The position numbers and the translations under genes are program-made. From NCBI GenBank assembly GCA_903831455.1, contig CAIKXV010000168.1, forward strand, positions 5,116-69,115: a stretch of 64,000 bases of DNA, read 5' to 3'. The notes under the pieces were generated by a model that saw nothing but the letters and a program-made list of their open reading frames with translations, had not been told where the DNA came from and searched no databases. Below are positions 10,654 to 20,811 of this stretch, piece by piece; position 1 is the first letter of the stretch; each line of letters begins with the position of its first letter. The stretch comes from an uncultured Pseudomonadota bacterium. GTDB lineage: Bacteria > Pseudomonadota > Gammaproteobacteria > Burkholderiales > CAIKXV01.

Positions 10654-11960
10654 ACCTCGCGACGCTCGCCCTCGCCTTCCTGCGCGCGCGCCTGCTGGCA
10701 TCGCTGATGCAGGTGCTGCTGCTGGCGATCGGGCTGGCGGCCATCGTCTTCCTGCTGCTCGCCGGTGCGCAGGTGGCCGAGCGGGTCTCGCGCGACACGC
10801 GCGGCATCGATCTCGTGGTCGGGGCCAAGGGCAGTCCGCTGCAACTGGTGCTGTCGGCGGTGTTCCACGTCGATACACCGACCGGGAACATTCCGCTCGA
10901 CGAGGCCCTGGCGCTGCGGCGGCATCCGCTGGTCCGGCAGGCGATCCCGCTGGCGCTGGGCGATACCTACGCGGGCTACCGGATCGTCGGCACCGAAACG
11001 GCACTGGTCGAGCACTTCGGGGCAAGGCTTGCCGACGGTGCCCTCTGGTCCGAACCGATGCAGGTCGTCGTGGGGGCCACGGTCGCGCGCGAACGCGGAC
11101 TGCGCGTCGGCGACACCGTGGTCGGGTCGCATGGCCTGGGGGAGGGGGGGACGGAACACGACGAGCACCCGTACCGGGTCACCGGCGTGCTGGCGGCCAC
11201 GGGCGGCGTGGTCGACCGCCTGCTGCTGACCAGCCTCGAATCGGTGTGGTCGGTCCACGCGCCGCCCGCGCCTGCGGCGGCCGACGTGCCCACCGGGCCG
11301 GCGGCGGCAAAGCCGGCCAGCGGGCATGCACACGACCACGCCCACGCCCACGCAGGCGGCAAGGGGGCGAGCGGCAAGGAGGCGGGCGCCGGGGCGGCTG
11401 CCGCGCCGACGATGCCGCGCGAGGTGACCGCCCTGCTGGTCCGCTACGCCTCGCCGATCGCCGCCGCGCAACTGCCGAGGCAGGTCAACGCGCGCAGCGC
11501 GCTGCAGGCGGCTTCCCCGGCCGTGGAGAGTGCCCGGCTGGTACGGCTGCTCGGCGTGGGCGTGGAGGCGTTGCGCGTGTTCGCGTGGGTGCTGATCGGA
11601 ACGGCGGGCATCGCGCTGTTCATTTCGCTGTTCGCGGCGATGAATGAACGCAGGCGCGATCTCGCGCTGCTGCGCAGCCTGGGCCTGACCCGCGCCCGGC
11701 TGTTCGCGCTGGTGCTGCTCGAGGGGGTGCTGCTGTGCGCGGCCGGGGGCGCCCTCGGACTGGCGGGCGGGCATCTCGTGACCGAATGGGTCGGCCGGCA
11801 TGTGCGCGCCGCGTCGGACTGGGCGCTGACCGGAGCGGTCTGGGCGCCCGGTGAGGGCTGGCTGCTGCTCTGCGCGCTGGCGGTCGGTCTTTTCGCCGCG
11901 CTGCTGCCGGCAGTGCTAGCCTATCGCGTCGATGTCGCGCGCGAACTCGCCCGCGGCTAG
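10650..11960 (+). CDS. FtsX-like (MacB-type) ABC permease with His-rich periplasmic insert
   Basis: In ORF 10098..11960 starting MNLATLALAFLRARLL. One N-terminal TM helix, a large extracytoplasmic domain containing HGLGEGGTEHDEH and SGHAHDHAHAHAGG, and a C-terminal FtsX 3-TM bundle (RDLALLRSLGLTRARLF...). Confidence 0.85.
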   Translation: MNLATLALAFLRARLLASLMQVLLLAIGLAAIVFLLLAGAQVAERVSRDTRGIDLVVGAKGSPLQLVLSAVFHVDTPTGNIPLDEALALRRHPLVRQAIPLALGDTYAGYRIVGTETALVEHFGARLADGALWSEPMQVVVGATVARERGLRVGDTVVGSHGLGEGGTEHDEHPYRVTGVLAATGGVVDRLLLTSLESVWSVHAPPAPAAADVPTGPAAAKPASGHAHDHAHAHAGGKGASGKEAGAGAAAAPTMPREVTALLVRYASPIAAAQLPRQVNARSALQAASPAVESARLVRLLGVGVEALRVFAWVLIGTAGIALFISLFAAMNERRRDLALLRSLGLTRARLFALVLLEGVLLCAAGGALGLAGGHLVTEWVGRHVRAASDWALTGAVWAPGEGWLLLCALAVGLFAALLPAVLAYRVDVARELARG

Positions 11961-12015
11961 TTTCCCGACCCTGCCCCGTGGTGCGCCGTAGTCGGCGGCC
12001 CGTCGTCCGATCGGA

Positions 12016-12531
12016 ATGTTTGCCATGAGACTGTTCAAGTGGATTCCCTGGCTGGTGCTCGCGGCGCTGGCCGTGCCCGCCGCCCTTGCCTTCAAGACCC
12101 CGGGCCGCGAGGAGGCCGCGTTCACCTCGCCGGTGCCGCCCGGGCTCCAGCACAAGGGCGCCGACGAGCGCAACGGCATGCTGTCGTGGCGCACGCTCGC
12201 GCAGGTGTCGACCGTGCGCCAGAAGGATCGCTTCGTGCCGCAGTTCAGCGACAGCGTGCTCGCGCTCAACAATCGTAACGTGCGGGTGCAGGGCTACATG
12301 ATGCCGCTGGGTTCGGGCGAGCAGCATCGCAGCTTCCTGCTGACCCAGCAGTCGCCTTCGTGCCCGTTCTGCATTCCGGCCGGTCCCGAGGGCCTGGTCG
12401 AGGTGGTGGCGCGCGCCCCCGTGCGGCTGGCCGAGGATGCGATCACGCTGTCGGGCCGGTTGCAGGTGCTTCGCAACGATCCGAACGGACTGTACTACCG
12501 ACTGGTCGACGCGACGCCGGTCGCTCCCTGA
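12016..12531 (+). CDS. DUF3299 domain protein (secreted)
   Basis: 171 aa with a signal peptide. VRVQGYMMPLG...FLLTQQSPSCPFCIPAGPEGLVEV pattern that I recognise as DUF3299, a family usually encoded next to MacB-like ABC pairs. Confidence 0.75.
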   Translation: MFAMRLFKWIPWLVLAALAVPAALAFKTPGREEAAFTSPVPPGLQHKGADERNGMLSWRTLAQVSTVRQKDRFVPQFSDSVLALNNRNVRVQGYMMPLGSGEQHRSFLLTQQSPSCPFCIPAGPEGLVEVVARAPVRLAEDAITLSGRLQVLRNDPNGLYYRLVDATPVAP

Positions 12532-12843
12532 GCGCGCCGCGCCCGGCGCGTACGCCTCGCGCCCCGCAGGGCCGGGGCGCCGGGGTCACGTCCAGGTGCC
12601 GTCGAGGCGCGCGGGCACGGCCGGGCCCGGGCGGCGAGCGCGAACCCCGGGGCCGGCTTTAGCCGGGGCATTCGACGCCTGCGCCCGATGCCCGCAGGCG
12701 CTCGATCCGCGGCCATCGGCTGGGGCACCATTCGCTGCACGGTCCCGCGCAGGGATGGGCCGGGTCGAGCGGGTACGTCTCGGGCGACCGTGCGTGGGCG
12801 CCTTCCGGGTGCGCCTGCGCAGGAACTCGTGTATGCTCTAGAT

Positions 12844-12854
12844 GCAACTGAGTT
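12844..12854. promoter_or_regulatory. Second copy of GCAACTGAGTT, 63 nt upstream of the ZnuD-like receptor ATG
   Basis: Sits in a local AT-rich island (gtatgctctagatGCAACTGAGTTtccaataccattgtgtgg), which is unusual for this GC-rich window. Confidence 0.45.
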
Positions 12855-12916
12855 TCCAATACCATTGTGTGGCATCAGAAGCGCTGCTGCCACGATGAGC
12901 CCTTGGGGAGCCCCCG

Positions 12917-15025
12917 ATGCCCGCACCTGCCATCCCCCTCGTCGCTGCCCGCGGCGCGCGCGCGCCGCGCCGTCGTGCCCTGTCCCCGCTGGCGCGAGCC
13001 GTGGCCGTGGCGACACTGGTGCCTGCGGTCCCCTTCGGCGCGTACGCCCAGACCCCCCCGCCGGCCGGGTCGGCGGGCCGGCCAGCCGCGCAGCTGGCGC
13101 CCGTGGTGGTGACCGCCAGCCCGCTGGGCAGCGATCTGCTCGAGTTGGCCGCCCCTGCGAGCGTCCTCGAGGGCGAGCGACTGCTCGAGCGTCGCGCGCC
13201 CACCCTGGGCGCGACCCTGGAGGGCGAGCCGGGGGTGGCCAGTTCGGGATATGCGCCAGGCGCCGCGCGACCGGTGATCCGCGGACTCGATGGCGAACGG
13301 GTACGCATCCTCTCCAACGGGATCCAGGCGCTGGATGCCTCCGGCGCCAGTCCCGACCACGCGGTGGCGCTGGAGCCGCTGCTCGCCGATCGCGTCGAGG
13401 TCGTGCGCGGCCCGGCGGCGGTGCTCTACGGCGCCTCGGCGGTCGGCGGCGTGGTCAACGTGGTCGACGGACGCATTCCGGCCGAGGCGTTGCGGCCGGG
13501 CGTTGGCGGACAGGCCGAACTGCGGTTCGGTGGCAACGATCGCGAGCGCGCCGGGGTCGGGCGACTCGATCTCGGACTCGCCGGGGGCCTGAATCTGCAC
13601 CTCAATGCCTTCCGGCGCGACACCGACGACCTGCGCATCCCCGGTTTCGCGCGCTCCGCGCGCCTGCGTGCGACGACGCCTCCCGCCACCGGGGTGGAGG
13701 CCAGCGGTGTCCTGCCCAACAGTGCCACGCGTACCGATGGATGGACGATGGGGATGTCGCAGACCGGCGCGCGGGGCCATCTCGGCGCGAGCATTTCCCA
13801 GTATTCGTCGCTGTACGGCGCGGTGGCCGAGCCCGAGGTCAGGGTCAGGCTGGACCAGACGCGCATCGACCTCGCCGGCGAGCGCCGATCGGTCGGCCCG
13901 TTCGAGGCGCTGCGTTTCCGGTTCGGGCGTACCAGCTATCGCCACGCCGAGGAGGACGCCGGCGTCGCGGGGACCCTCTTCCGCAACCAGGGCCACGACC
14001 TTCGCGTGGAGGGCGTGCATGCGCCGATCGGCGGGCTGCGCGGGGTGGTCGGCTACCAGGGCACCCGATTCGGCTTCGAGGCGGTGGGCGACGAGGCGTT
14101 CGTGCCGCGGACCCACAATCGCGCCGACGCGCTGTTCGTGTTCGAGGAGCTGCGGCTGGGTGCGCTCACCCTCCAGGCCGGAGGTCGACTCGAGCGCGCC
14201 AGCGTCGAGGCCTTCGACAGCCCGCTGGGTCCCGGGCAGTCTCGCGACTTCGGCACGCGCAGCGGCTCGCTCGGCGCGATCTACGGCCTGTCGCGCGAGT
14301 ACGCGGTGGCGCTCAACGTCTCCCACACCGAGCGCGCGCCCAACTACCAGGAGCTGTATGCGAACGGCCCCCACCTGGCGACCAACGCCTACGAGGTCGG
14401 CGACCGCAGCCTGCAGACCGAAAAGTCCAACGCGATCGACCTGTCCCTGCGCAAGCGCGCCGGGCGCGTCACCGGCAGCGTCGGCGTGTTCAACAACCGC
14501 TTCGACCGGTTCGTCGCGCTGCTGCCGGATGCAACCGTCGTCGACCCCGATCCCGCACGCGCCCTGCCCGGCTATCGATACACGCCGGTGGCCGCGGAGT
14601 TCCGTGGAGCCGAGGCGGCGGTCAACATCGGGCTGGTGGAGCGGCCCTGGCGGCTCGCGCTGGACCTTCGCGCCGAGACGCTTCGCGCGACGAACACGGA
14701 CACCGGAGAGCCGCTGCCGCGCATCGCGCCGCAGCGCTTCGGCGCAGGCCTGTCGTGGTCCCAGGGTGCGGCACGCGCGCGCCTGGACGTGATGCGCGTC
14801 CAGGGCCAGGACCGGGTGGCGAGCGGTGAACTGCCGACCGATGGCTACACCATGGTCAACGCGACGGTCGGCTGGCGCGCCAGGCTGCCGATCGGGTCTG
14901 CCGACCTGTTCCTTCGCGGGGTCAACCTGCTCGACGCCGAGGCCCGCAACCACGTGTCCTTCCTCAAGGACATCGCGCCGATGGGTCGGCGGGGCTTCGT
15001 CGCCGGCCTGCGGGCCCTGTTCTGA
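12917..15025 (+). CDS. TonB-dependent outer-membrane receptor, ZnuD-like
   Basis: 702 aa with a signal peptide. Plug-domain motifs (PVVVTASP..., [63 protein letters not shown]) and a C-terminal aromatic residue (..GLRALF). Confidence 0.88.
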   Translation: MPAPAIPLVAARGARAPRRRALSPLARAVAVATLVPAVPFGAYAQTPPPAGSAGRPAAQLAPVVVTASPLGSDLLELAAPASVLEGERLLERRAPTLGATLEGEPGVASSGYAPGAARPVIRGLDGERVRILSNGIQALDASGASPDHAVALEPLLADRVEVVRGPAAVLYGASAVGGVVNVVDGRIPAEALRPGVGGQAELRFGGNDRERAGVGRLDLGLAGGLNLHLNAFRRDTDDLRIPGFARSARLRATTPPATGVEASGVLPNSATRTDGWTMGMSQTGARGHLGASISQYSSLYGAVAEPEVRVRLDQTRIDLAGERRSVGPFEALRFRFGRTSYRHAEEDAGVAGTLFRNQGHDLRVEGVHAPIGGLRGVVGYQGTRFGFEAVGDEAFVPRTHNRADALFVFEELRLGALTLQAGGRLERASVEAFDSPLGPGQSRDFGTRSGSLGAIYGLSREYAVALNVSHTERAPNYQELYANGPHLATNAYEVGDRSLQTEKSNAIDLSLRKRAGRVTGSVGVFNNRFDRFVALLPDATVVDPDPARALPGYRYTPVAAEFRGAEAAVNIGLVERPWRLALDLRAETLRATNTDTGEPLPRIAPQRFGAGLSWSQGAARARLDVMRVQGQDRVASGELPTDGYTMVNATVGWRARLPIGSADLFLRGVNLLDAEARNHVSFLKDIAPMGRRGFVAGLRALF

Positions 15026-15112
15026 GCGAGGGGTCTCGACGGGGCGCGAGCGCGGCCCGGCTGCGCCGCGGTACGGGGCCCGGTGGCAGGCAATGGCGCC
15101 GGGGCTGGTACC

Positions 15113-15122
15113 GGGGGGGGGG
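15113..15122. repeat. Poly-G homopolymer (G10) in the TBDR-hslV intergenic region
   Basis: ...ggtaccGGGGGGGGGGcagcgcc..., about 73 nt upstream of the hslV ATG. Confidence 0.8.
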
Positions 15123-15194
15123 CAGCGCCCGCGTATACTTCACGGCTCCAGCGATTCTTCCCGCGTCCGGCCGGGCCGGGCGCGAGCCCCAGCC

Positions 15195-15767
15195 ATGCAG
15201 CAGTTCGAAGGCACGACGATCCTGTCGGTCCGGCGGGGCCGGACGGTGGCGCTCGGCGGCGACGGCCAGGTGACCCTGGGCAACGTGGTCATCAAGTCCA
15301 CCGCACGCAAGATCCGGCGCCTCTACGGCGGTCGCATCCTCGCCGGCTTCGCGGGCGGGACGGCCGACGCCTTCACGCTGTTCGAGCGGTTCGAGGCCAA
15401 GCTCGAAAAGCACCAGGGGCAGCTGCTTCGCTCCGCGGTCGAGCTCGCCAAGGACTGGCGAACCGACCGGATGTTGCGGCGGCTCGAGGCGATGCTCGCG
15501 GTCGCCGACGCCGACCATTCGCTGGTGATCACCGGTGCGGGCGACGTGCTCGAGCCCGAGCATGGCATCGTTGCGATCGGCAGCGGCGGCGCGTTCGCGC
15601 AGGCCGCCGCGCGGGCGCTGCTCGAGGCGACCGACCTGCCGCCGGCGCAGATCGTCTCGCGAGCGCTCGCGATTGCGGGCGAGATCTGCATCTACACCAA
15701 CCAGAACCACGTGATCGAGGAGCTTCCGGCGGCGGGCGACGCGCCGGTGGCCCCCCCCGCCCGATGA
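15195..15767 (+). CDS. hslV: ATP-dependent protease subunit HslV
   Basis: In ORF 14826..15767. [15 protein letters not shown] with N-terminal Thr nucleophile context, [10 protein letters not shown] and [14 protein letters not shown]. Confidence 0.93.
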   Translation: MQQFEGTTILSVRRGRTVALGGDGQVTLGNVVIKSTARKIRRLYGGRILAGFAGGTADAFTLFERFEAKLEKHQGQLLRSAVELAKDWRTDRMLRRLEAMLAVADADHSLVITGAGDVLEPEHGIVAIGSGGAFAQAAARALLEATDLPPAQIVSRALAIAGEICIYTNQNHVIEELPAAGDAPVAPPAR

Positions 15768-17086
15768 GCGCGATGACCCCGCAGGAAATCGTCCACGAGC
15801 TCGACAAGCATATCGTCGGGCAGCGAGCGGCCAAGCGCGCGGTCGCCATCGCGCTGCGCAACCGCTGGCGCCGCTCCCGCGTCGAGGGGCCGCTGCGGGC
15901 GGAGATCACGCCGAAGAACATCCTGATGATCGGCCCGACCGGCGTGGGCAAGACCGAGATCGCACGCCGGCTTGCCCGGCTGGCCGATGCGCCGTTCGTC
16001 AAGGTCGAGGCGACCAAGTTCACCGAGGTGGGGTACGTCGGACGCGACGTCGACACCATCATCCGCGACCTGGTCGAGGTGGCGATCAAGCAGGTCCGGG
16101 AGACGGAGATGCGAAAGGTCCGCGATCGGGCCGCCGATGCGGCCGAGGAGCGTGTCCTCGACGCGCTGCTGCCGCCCCCGCGCGACACCGCCTTCGGGGC
16201 CTCCGACGCGGAGAGTTCCACGCGCCAGAAGTTCCGCAAGAAGCTGCGCGAAGGGGAACTGGACGATCGCGAGATCGACGTCGAGGTGTCGATGCCGATG
16301 CCGCAGATGGAGTTCACCACTCCGCCCGGCATGGAAGACCTGTCCGCGCAACTGCAGGGGATGTTCCAGAACCTGGGTGCCGGGCGGCGCCGTTCGCGGC
16401 GCCTGCGCATCCGCGAGGCCCTGCGGTTGCTGACCGATGAAGAGGCGGCTCGCCTGGTCAACGACGATGACCTGAAGGCGCGCGCGCTGGCGAGCGTCGA
16501 GCAGGACGGGATCGTGTTCATCGACGAGTTCGACAAGATCGCCGCCCGCGAGTCCGGCGGAGTCGATGTCTCCCGCCAGGGCGTGCAGCGCGACCTGCTG
16601 CCGCTGGTCGAGGGCACCAGCGTCTCGACCCGGCATGGACCGATACGCACCGACCACATCCTGTTCATCGCCAGCGGCGCGTTCCACCTGTCGCGCCCCT
16701 CGGATCTCATCCCCGAGATGCAGGGACGGTTCCCGATTCGCGTCGAACTCGACTCCCTGGGGGTCGAGGACTTCGTGCAGATCCTCACCGCCACCGACGC
16801 CTGCCTCACCCGCCAGTACGCCGCGCTGCTCGCCACCGAGGGCGTCACCGTCGAGTTCCGCGACGAGGGCATCCGTCGCCTGGCCGAGATCGCCTGGCAG
16901 GTGAACGAACGGGTGGAGAACATCGGCGCCCGGCGGCTGCATACGGTGATGGAAAAACTGCTGGAGGAACTGTCCTTCGCCGCGCCGGGCCAGTCGGGTA
17001 CCGTCGTGACGGTCGATGCCGGCTACGTGGACGCCAGGCTCTCGACGCTCGCGGGCAGCGAGGATCTCGCCCGCTACGTGCTGTAG
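15764..17086 (+). CDS. hslU: ATP-dependent protease ATPase subunit HslU
   Basis: In ORF 15083..17086. [17 protein letters not shown], Walker [26 protein letters not shown]. The start overlaps the hslV stop. Confidence 0.95.
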   Translation: MSAMTPQEIVHELDKHIVGQRAAKRAVAIALRNRWRRSRVEGPLRAEITPKNILMIGPTGVGKTEIARRLARLADAPFVKVEATKFTEVGYVGRDVDTIIRDLVEVAIKQVRETEMRKVRDRAADAAEERVLDALLPPPRDTAFGASDAESSTRQKFRKKLREGELDDREIDVEVSMPMPQMEFTTPPGMEDLSAQLQGMFQNLGAGRRRSRRLRIREALRLLTDEEAARLVNDDDLKARALASVEQDGIVFIDEFDKIAARESGGVDVSRQGVQRDLLPLVEGTSVSTRHGPIRTDHILFIASGAFHLSRPSDLIPEMQGRFPIRVELDSLGVEDFVQILTATDACLTRQYAALLATEGVTVEFRDEGIRRLAEIAWQVNERVENIGARRLHTVMEKLLEELSFAAPGQSGTVVTVDAGYVDARLSTLAGSEDLARYVL

Positions 17087-17088
17087 CG

Positions 17089-19653
17089 ATGACCCCGCGT
17101 CCGGATGCCGTCGAGACGGCCTCCGGGCTGGAGGCCCGCGAGGCCGCGCGCCGCCTCGCGAGCGAGGGCCCCAACGAACTGCCCCGGGCACGCCGATCCG
17201 GCTGGTGGCCGCTGGTCGCCGGGGTCGCGCGCGAGCCGATGTTCCTGCTGCTCGTGGCCGCGAGCGCGGTGTACTTCCTGCTCGGCGATCGGACCGAAGC
17301 CATCGTGCTGGCGGCTTCGATCGGCGTGATCGTGATGATCACGCTGCACCAGGAGCGCAAGAGCGCCCGCGCCCTGGAGGCGCTGCGCGACCTGTCCAGT
17401 CCGCGAGCGCTCGTGCTGCGCGACGGCCAGCCGCAACGGATTCCCGGGCGGGAGGTGGTGCGCGGCGATCGACTGCTGTTGCGGGAGGGCGATCGCGTGC
17501 CCGCGGACGCCCGTGTGGTCAGCGCCGTCGGCCTGTCGATCGACGAGTCCCTGCTCACCGGCGAGTCGGTGCCGGTCAGGAAGCGACCGGCGCAGGCGTC
17601 GGACCTGCAGCCCTCCGATCCGGGCGGGGACGACCAGCCGTGGATCTATTCCGGCACGCTGGTGTGCGCGGGGCGAGGCGAGGCGGAGGTGACCGCGACC
17701 GGCCCGCGTACCGCGCTCGGTCGCATCGGCCATTCGATTCGATCGCTCGAGCCGGAGGACACCCCCCTTCAGCGAGAGACCGCGCGCTTCGTGCGCGGCC
17801 TGGCGCTGCTGGGCGGCGTGCTGTGCCTGCTGGTGGTGCTGCTCTCCGCGCTCGCGGAGGGCGGCAGCTGGCTGGAGGGGCTGCTCGCCGGCCTCACGCT
17901 GGCGATGGCCGTGCTGCCCGAGGAGTTTCCCGTGGTGCTGGCCGTGTTCCTCGCGCTGGGTGCCTGGCGGATCGCGCGCTCCCGGGTACTCACGCGCCAC
18001 CTTCCGGCCATCGAGACGCTGGGCGCAGCCACGGTGCTCTGCGTGGACAAGACCGGGACGCTCACCCAGAACCGCATGCAGGTGGCGGCCCTGGTGACGG
18101 CGGCCGGCGAGCGCATGGATACCACGGCGGAGGCGTTCCCGGCCAGCTGTCCGCCCGCGCTGCGGCACCTGCTCGAGCAGGCCACGCTCGCCTGCGAACC
18201 CGATCCGCACGATCCGATGGATCGCGCCATCGCCGAGCTCGCGAAGCGAGGGCTGGGCGACTCGATGGCGCCGGCGGGTACGCTGGAGCGTACCTATCCG
18301 CTCTCGCCCACCCTGCTCGCGCATGTGCAGGCCTGGGCGGATGCCTCGGGAGAGGGCCGCTGGCTCGTCGCGAAGGGGGCGCCGGAGGCGATCATGCGGT
18401 TGTGTCGCCTGCAGCCCCCCGACTCCGGTCGACTGGCCGGGCAGGTGGCGACCCTCGCATCGGAGGGACTGCGAGTGCTCGCGGTGGCGCGCGCGCGACC
18501 TGCGGTGCCGCAGTGGCCCTCGTCGCCGGACGCCGTGGCCTTCGAGTGGCTGGGGCTCGTCGCGCTGGCCGATCCCCTGCGTCCGGCGGTGCCGGCGGCG
18601 GTCGGCGAGTGCCAGGCGGCCGGCATCCGCGTCGTGATGATCACTGGCGACTATCCGCTCACCGCGCAGGCGATCGCGCGGTCCGCGGGGTTGTCCGCCA
18701 GCGCCGCGGTGATGACCGGCACGGAGCTGGCCGCGCTGACCGACGAGCAACTGGGGCGGCGCCTCGCCTCCACCGGCGTCTACGCGCGCATGGTGCCCGA
18801 GCAGAAGCTCCGGCTGGTCCTCGCGCTGGCGCGGCAGGGCGAGGTGGTGGCCATGACGGGCGACGGGGTCAACGACGCCCCCGCGCTGCGCGCCGCGCAT
18901 ATCGGCATCGCGATGGGAGGGCGTGGGACCGATGTCGCGCGCGAGGCGGCGAGTCTCGTGCTGCTCGACGACGACTTCACCGCGATCGCGCAGGCGGTCC
19001 GGCTGGGGCGACGCATCTACGACAACATCAGCCACGCGACCGGCTATCTGGTGGCGGTGCACGTCCCGACGGCGGGCATGGCGCTGGTGCCCCTGCTCGC
19101 CGGCTGGCCGGCGATGTTCAGCCCCGTGCACATCGTGTTCATGGAGTTCGTGATCGATCCCGCATGCTCGGTGGTGTTCGAGGCGGAGCGCGAGGGCGCG
19201 GACGTGATGCGGCGGCCACCACGTCGCGCCGACCGGCCGCTGTTCGATCGGCGAAGCCTCGTGCTGGCCATCGCGCAGGGCGTGCTGGTGCTGGTGGCCA
19301 CCGCGCTCGTCTACGGCGGGCTGCTGGCGGCGGGCGCCCCCGAGGGCGAGGCCCGGGCGGCCGGGTTTGCCTGCGTGGTGTTCGGCAACCTCGCGCTCAT
19401 CCTGGCGAACCGTTCCCGATCGCGCACCGTGTTCTCGACCTGGCGCTGGCCCAACACCGCGCTGCGCTGGGTGTTCGGGATCACGCTCGCCGGGTTGGCC
19501 GCGATCCTGTGGGTGCCGTGGTTGCGCGCCCTGTTCAGGTTCGATCCGATCGGGGTACCGGAGCTGGCGCTGGCTGCCGGAGCGGCCGGACTCGCGCTCG
19601 TGCTGGCCGAGGCGGCCAAGCTCGTTCTGCGCCCCTCCACCCCGCCGGCGTGA
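17089..19653 (+). CDS. Cation-translocating P-type ATPase (type II, Ca2+/Mg2+-like)
   Basis: 854 aa. TGES actuator motif (LTGESVPV), phosphorylation motif CVDKTGTLTQN, hinge MTGDGVNDAPAL, and about 10 TM segments. Confidence 0.88.
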   Translation: MTPRPDAVETASGLEAREAARRLASEGPNELPRARRSGWWPLVAGVAREPMFLLLVAASAVYFLLGDRTEAIVLAASIGVIVMITLHQERKSARALEALRDLSSPRALVLRDGQPQRIPGREVVRGDRLLLREGDRVPADARVVSAVGLSIDESLLTGESVPVRKRPAQASDLQPSDPGGDDQPWIYSGTLVCAGRGEAEVTATGPRTALGRIGHSIRSLEPEDTPLQRETARFVRGLALLGGVLCLLVVLLSALAEGGSWLEGLLAGLTLAMAVLPEEFPVVLAVFLALGAWRIARSRVLTRHLPAIETLGAATVLCVDKTGTLTQNRMQVAALVTAAGERMDTTAEAFPASCPPALRHLLEQATLACEPDPHDPMDRAIAELAKRGLGDSMAPAGTLERTYPLSPTLLAHVQAWADASGEGRWLVAKGAPEAIMRLCRLQPPDSGRLAGQVATLASEGLRVLAVARARPAVPQWPSSPDAVAFEWLGLVALADPLRPAVPAAVGECQAAGIRVVMITGDYPLTAQAIARSAGLSASAAVMTGTELAALTDEQLGRRLASTGVYARMVPEQKLRLVLALARQGEVVAMTGDGVNDAPALRAAHIGIAMGGRGTDVAREAASLVLLDDDFTAIAQAVRLGRRIYDNISHATGYLVAVHVPTAGMALVPLLAGWPAMFSPVHIVFMEFVIDPACSVVFEAEREGADVMRRPPRRADRPLFDRRSLVLAIAQGVLVLVATALVYGGLLAAGAPEGEARAAGFACVVFGNLALILANRSRSRTVFSTWRWPNTALRWVFGITLAGLAAILWVPWLRALFRFDPIGVPELALAAGAAGLALVLAEAAKLVLRPSTPPA

Positions 19654-19704
19654 CAGGCGCTGAGCCGCGCGGACGGCGCCGGCGATGCCGTGATCCCGTC
19701 CCGA

Positions 19705-20811
19705 TCAGCGGACGGCCACCATCGGCCTGATGCCCAGTGCGCGCTCGAGCGTGACGGCTGCCGCTCGCGCACTGCGCTCGTCCGGATAGGGTCCGAGGTG
19801 CACGCGGAACAGGCCCCGTGCCGGATGCACGTGCGCGCGGGCCGCATCGGCTCCGAGTTCGGGGCGCAGCCGCGCGAGCAGCGTCTCGGCATTGGCGCGG
19901 TCGGCGAAGGCGCCGAGTTGCAGGTAGGTGCCGCCCGCGCCCGCGGTGATCGCGAGCGAGCCGGCCCGTGGTGGCACTTCCGCAGGCAGGGCGGAGGGCT
20001 GCGGCTCGGCGACCGGCTCGGCCGCGCGCGCCTGAGCGGCTTCGCGCGGGCTGGCGGGTACGGGGGCCGGAGCAGGACCGGCCGCCGCGAGCGACGGACC
20101 GCCGTCGGTCGGCGGCCAGTTCACCCCCGGGATGAGCTTCTCGACCTCGACCGTCGCGCTGCCGTTCTGCACGTAGCCCAGCCGGAAGGCGGCGGCGTAG
20201 GACAGGTCGATCAGGCGCTCGCCGATGAACGGCCCACGGTCGTTGATGCGCACGATCACGCTGCGTCCGTTGGCCGGATGGGTCACCCGGACATAGCTGG
20301 GAATCGGCAGCGTCGGATGCGCCCCGGTCATGGCATACATGTCGTAGACCTCGCCCGAGGAGGTCTTCTGCCCGTGGTAGCGCCGGCCGTACCAGGTGGC
20401 GATGCCGCGGGCGCGGTAGGGTTCCCGGACCGTCATCGGCACGTAGCTGCGACCGAAGACGACGTAGGGGCGGTTCGCGAAGCGGTGCAGGGGTTCGATG
20501 CGGGGCACGGCATCGGGGATCGCGGCGAGGTCGGGCGGCGGGTTGTCGCCCGGGCCATCGTCGAGGTAGAACGCGCCGCCCCTGCGAGGGCCCGCGGCGG
20601 GACGCTGGGCTGTCGCCACCGGGGCGGCCGCGGGAGACGACCCGGCGCCGGCGGCCGCGGATGGAGCCGCCGGGCGACGGGCCTCGCCGACCGGGGCCGG
20701 GCCGCTCGTCGCACAGCCGGTGGCCAGGGCCGCGAGAGCCGCCAGGGCGAAGACCCGTCCGTGCGTCGGGCGCGCACGACGATACCCACGCGCGGGGTCG
20801 GGACGTCTCAC
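19705..20811 (-). CDS. rlpA: Septal ring lytic transglycosylase RlpA family lipoprotein with C-terminal SPOR domain
   Basis: C-terminal part of ORF 19705..21732. GTG start overlapping the rodA stop, lipobox LAALATGC, DPBB domain (GIATWYGRRYHGQKTSSGEVYDMYAMTGAHPTLPIPSYVRVT) and SPOR-like end (YLQLGAFADRANAE). Confidence 0.88.
   Translation of the reverse strand: MRRPDPARGYRRARPTHGRVFALAALAALATGCATSGPAPVGEARRPAAPSAAAGAGSSPAAAPVATAQRPAAGPRRGGAFYLDDGPGDNPPPDLAAIPDAVPRIEPLHRFANRPYVVFGRSYVPMTVREPYRARGIATWYGRRYHGQKTSSGEVYDMYAMTGAHPTLPIPSYVRVTHPANGRSVIVRINDRGPFIGERLIDLSYAAAFRLGYVQNGSATVEVEKLIPGVNWPPTDGGPSLAAAGPAPAPVPASPREAAQARAAEPVAEPQPSALPAEVPPRAGSLAITAGAGGTYLQLGAFADRANAETLLARLRPELGADAARAHVHPARGLFRVHLGPYPDERSARAAAVTLERALGIRPMVAVR

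Noticed and set aside
15026-15194. Sigma-32 heat-shock promoter upstream of hslVU
   Set aside because: I looked for CTTGAAA-N13-15-CCCCATNT. Only a weak CCGCGTATAC resemblance is present, with no -35 partner, which is not enough to call.
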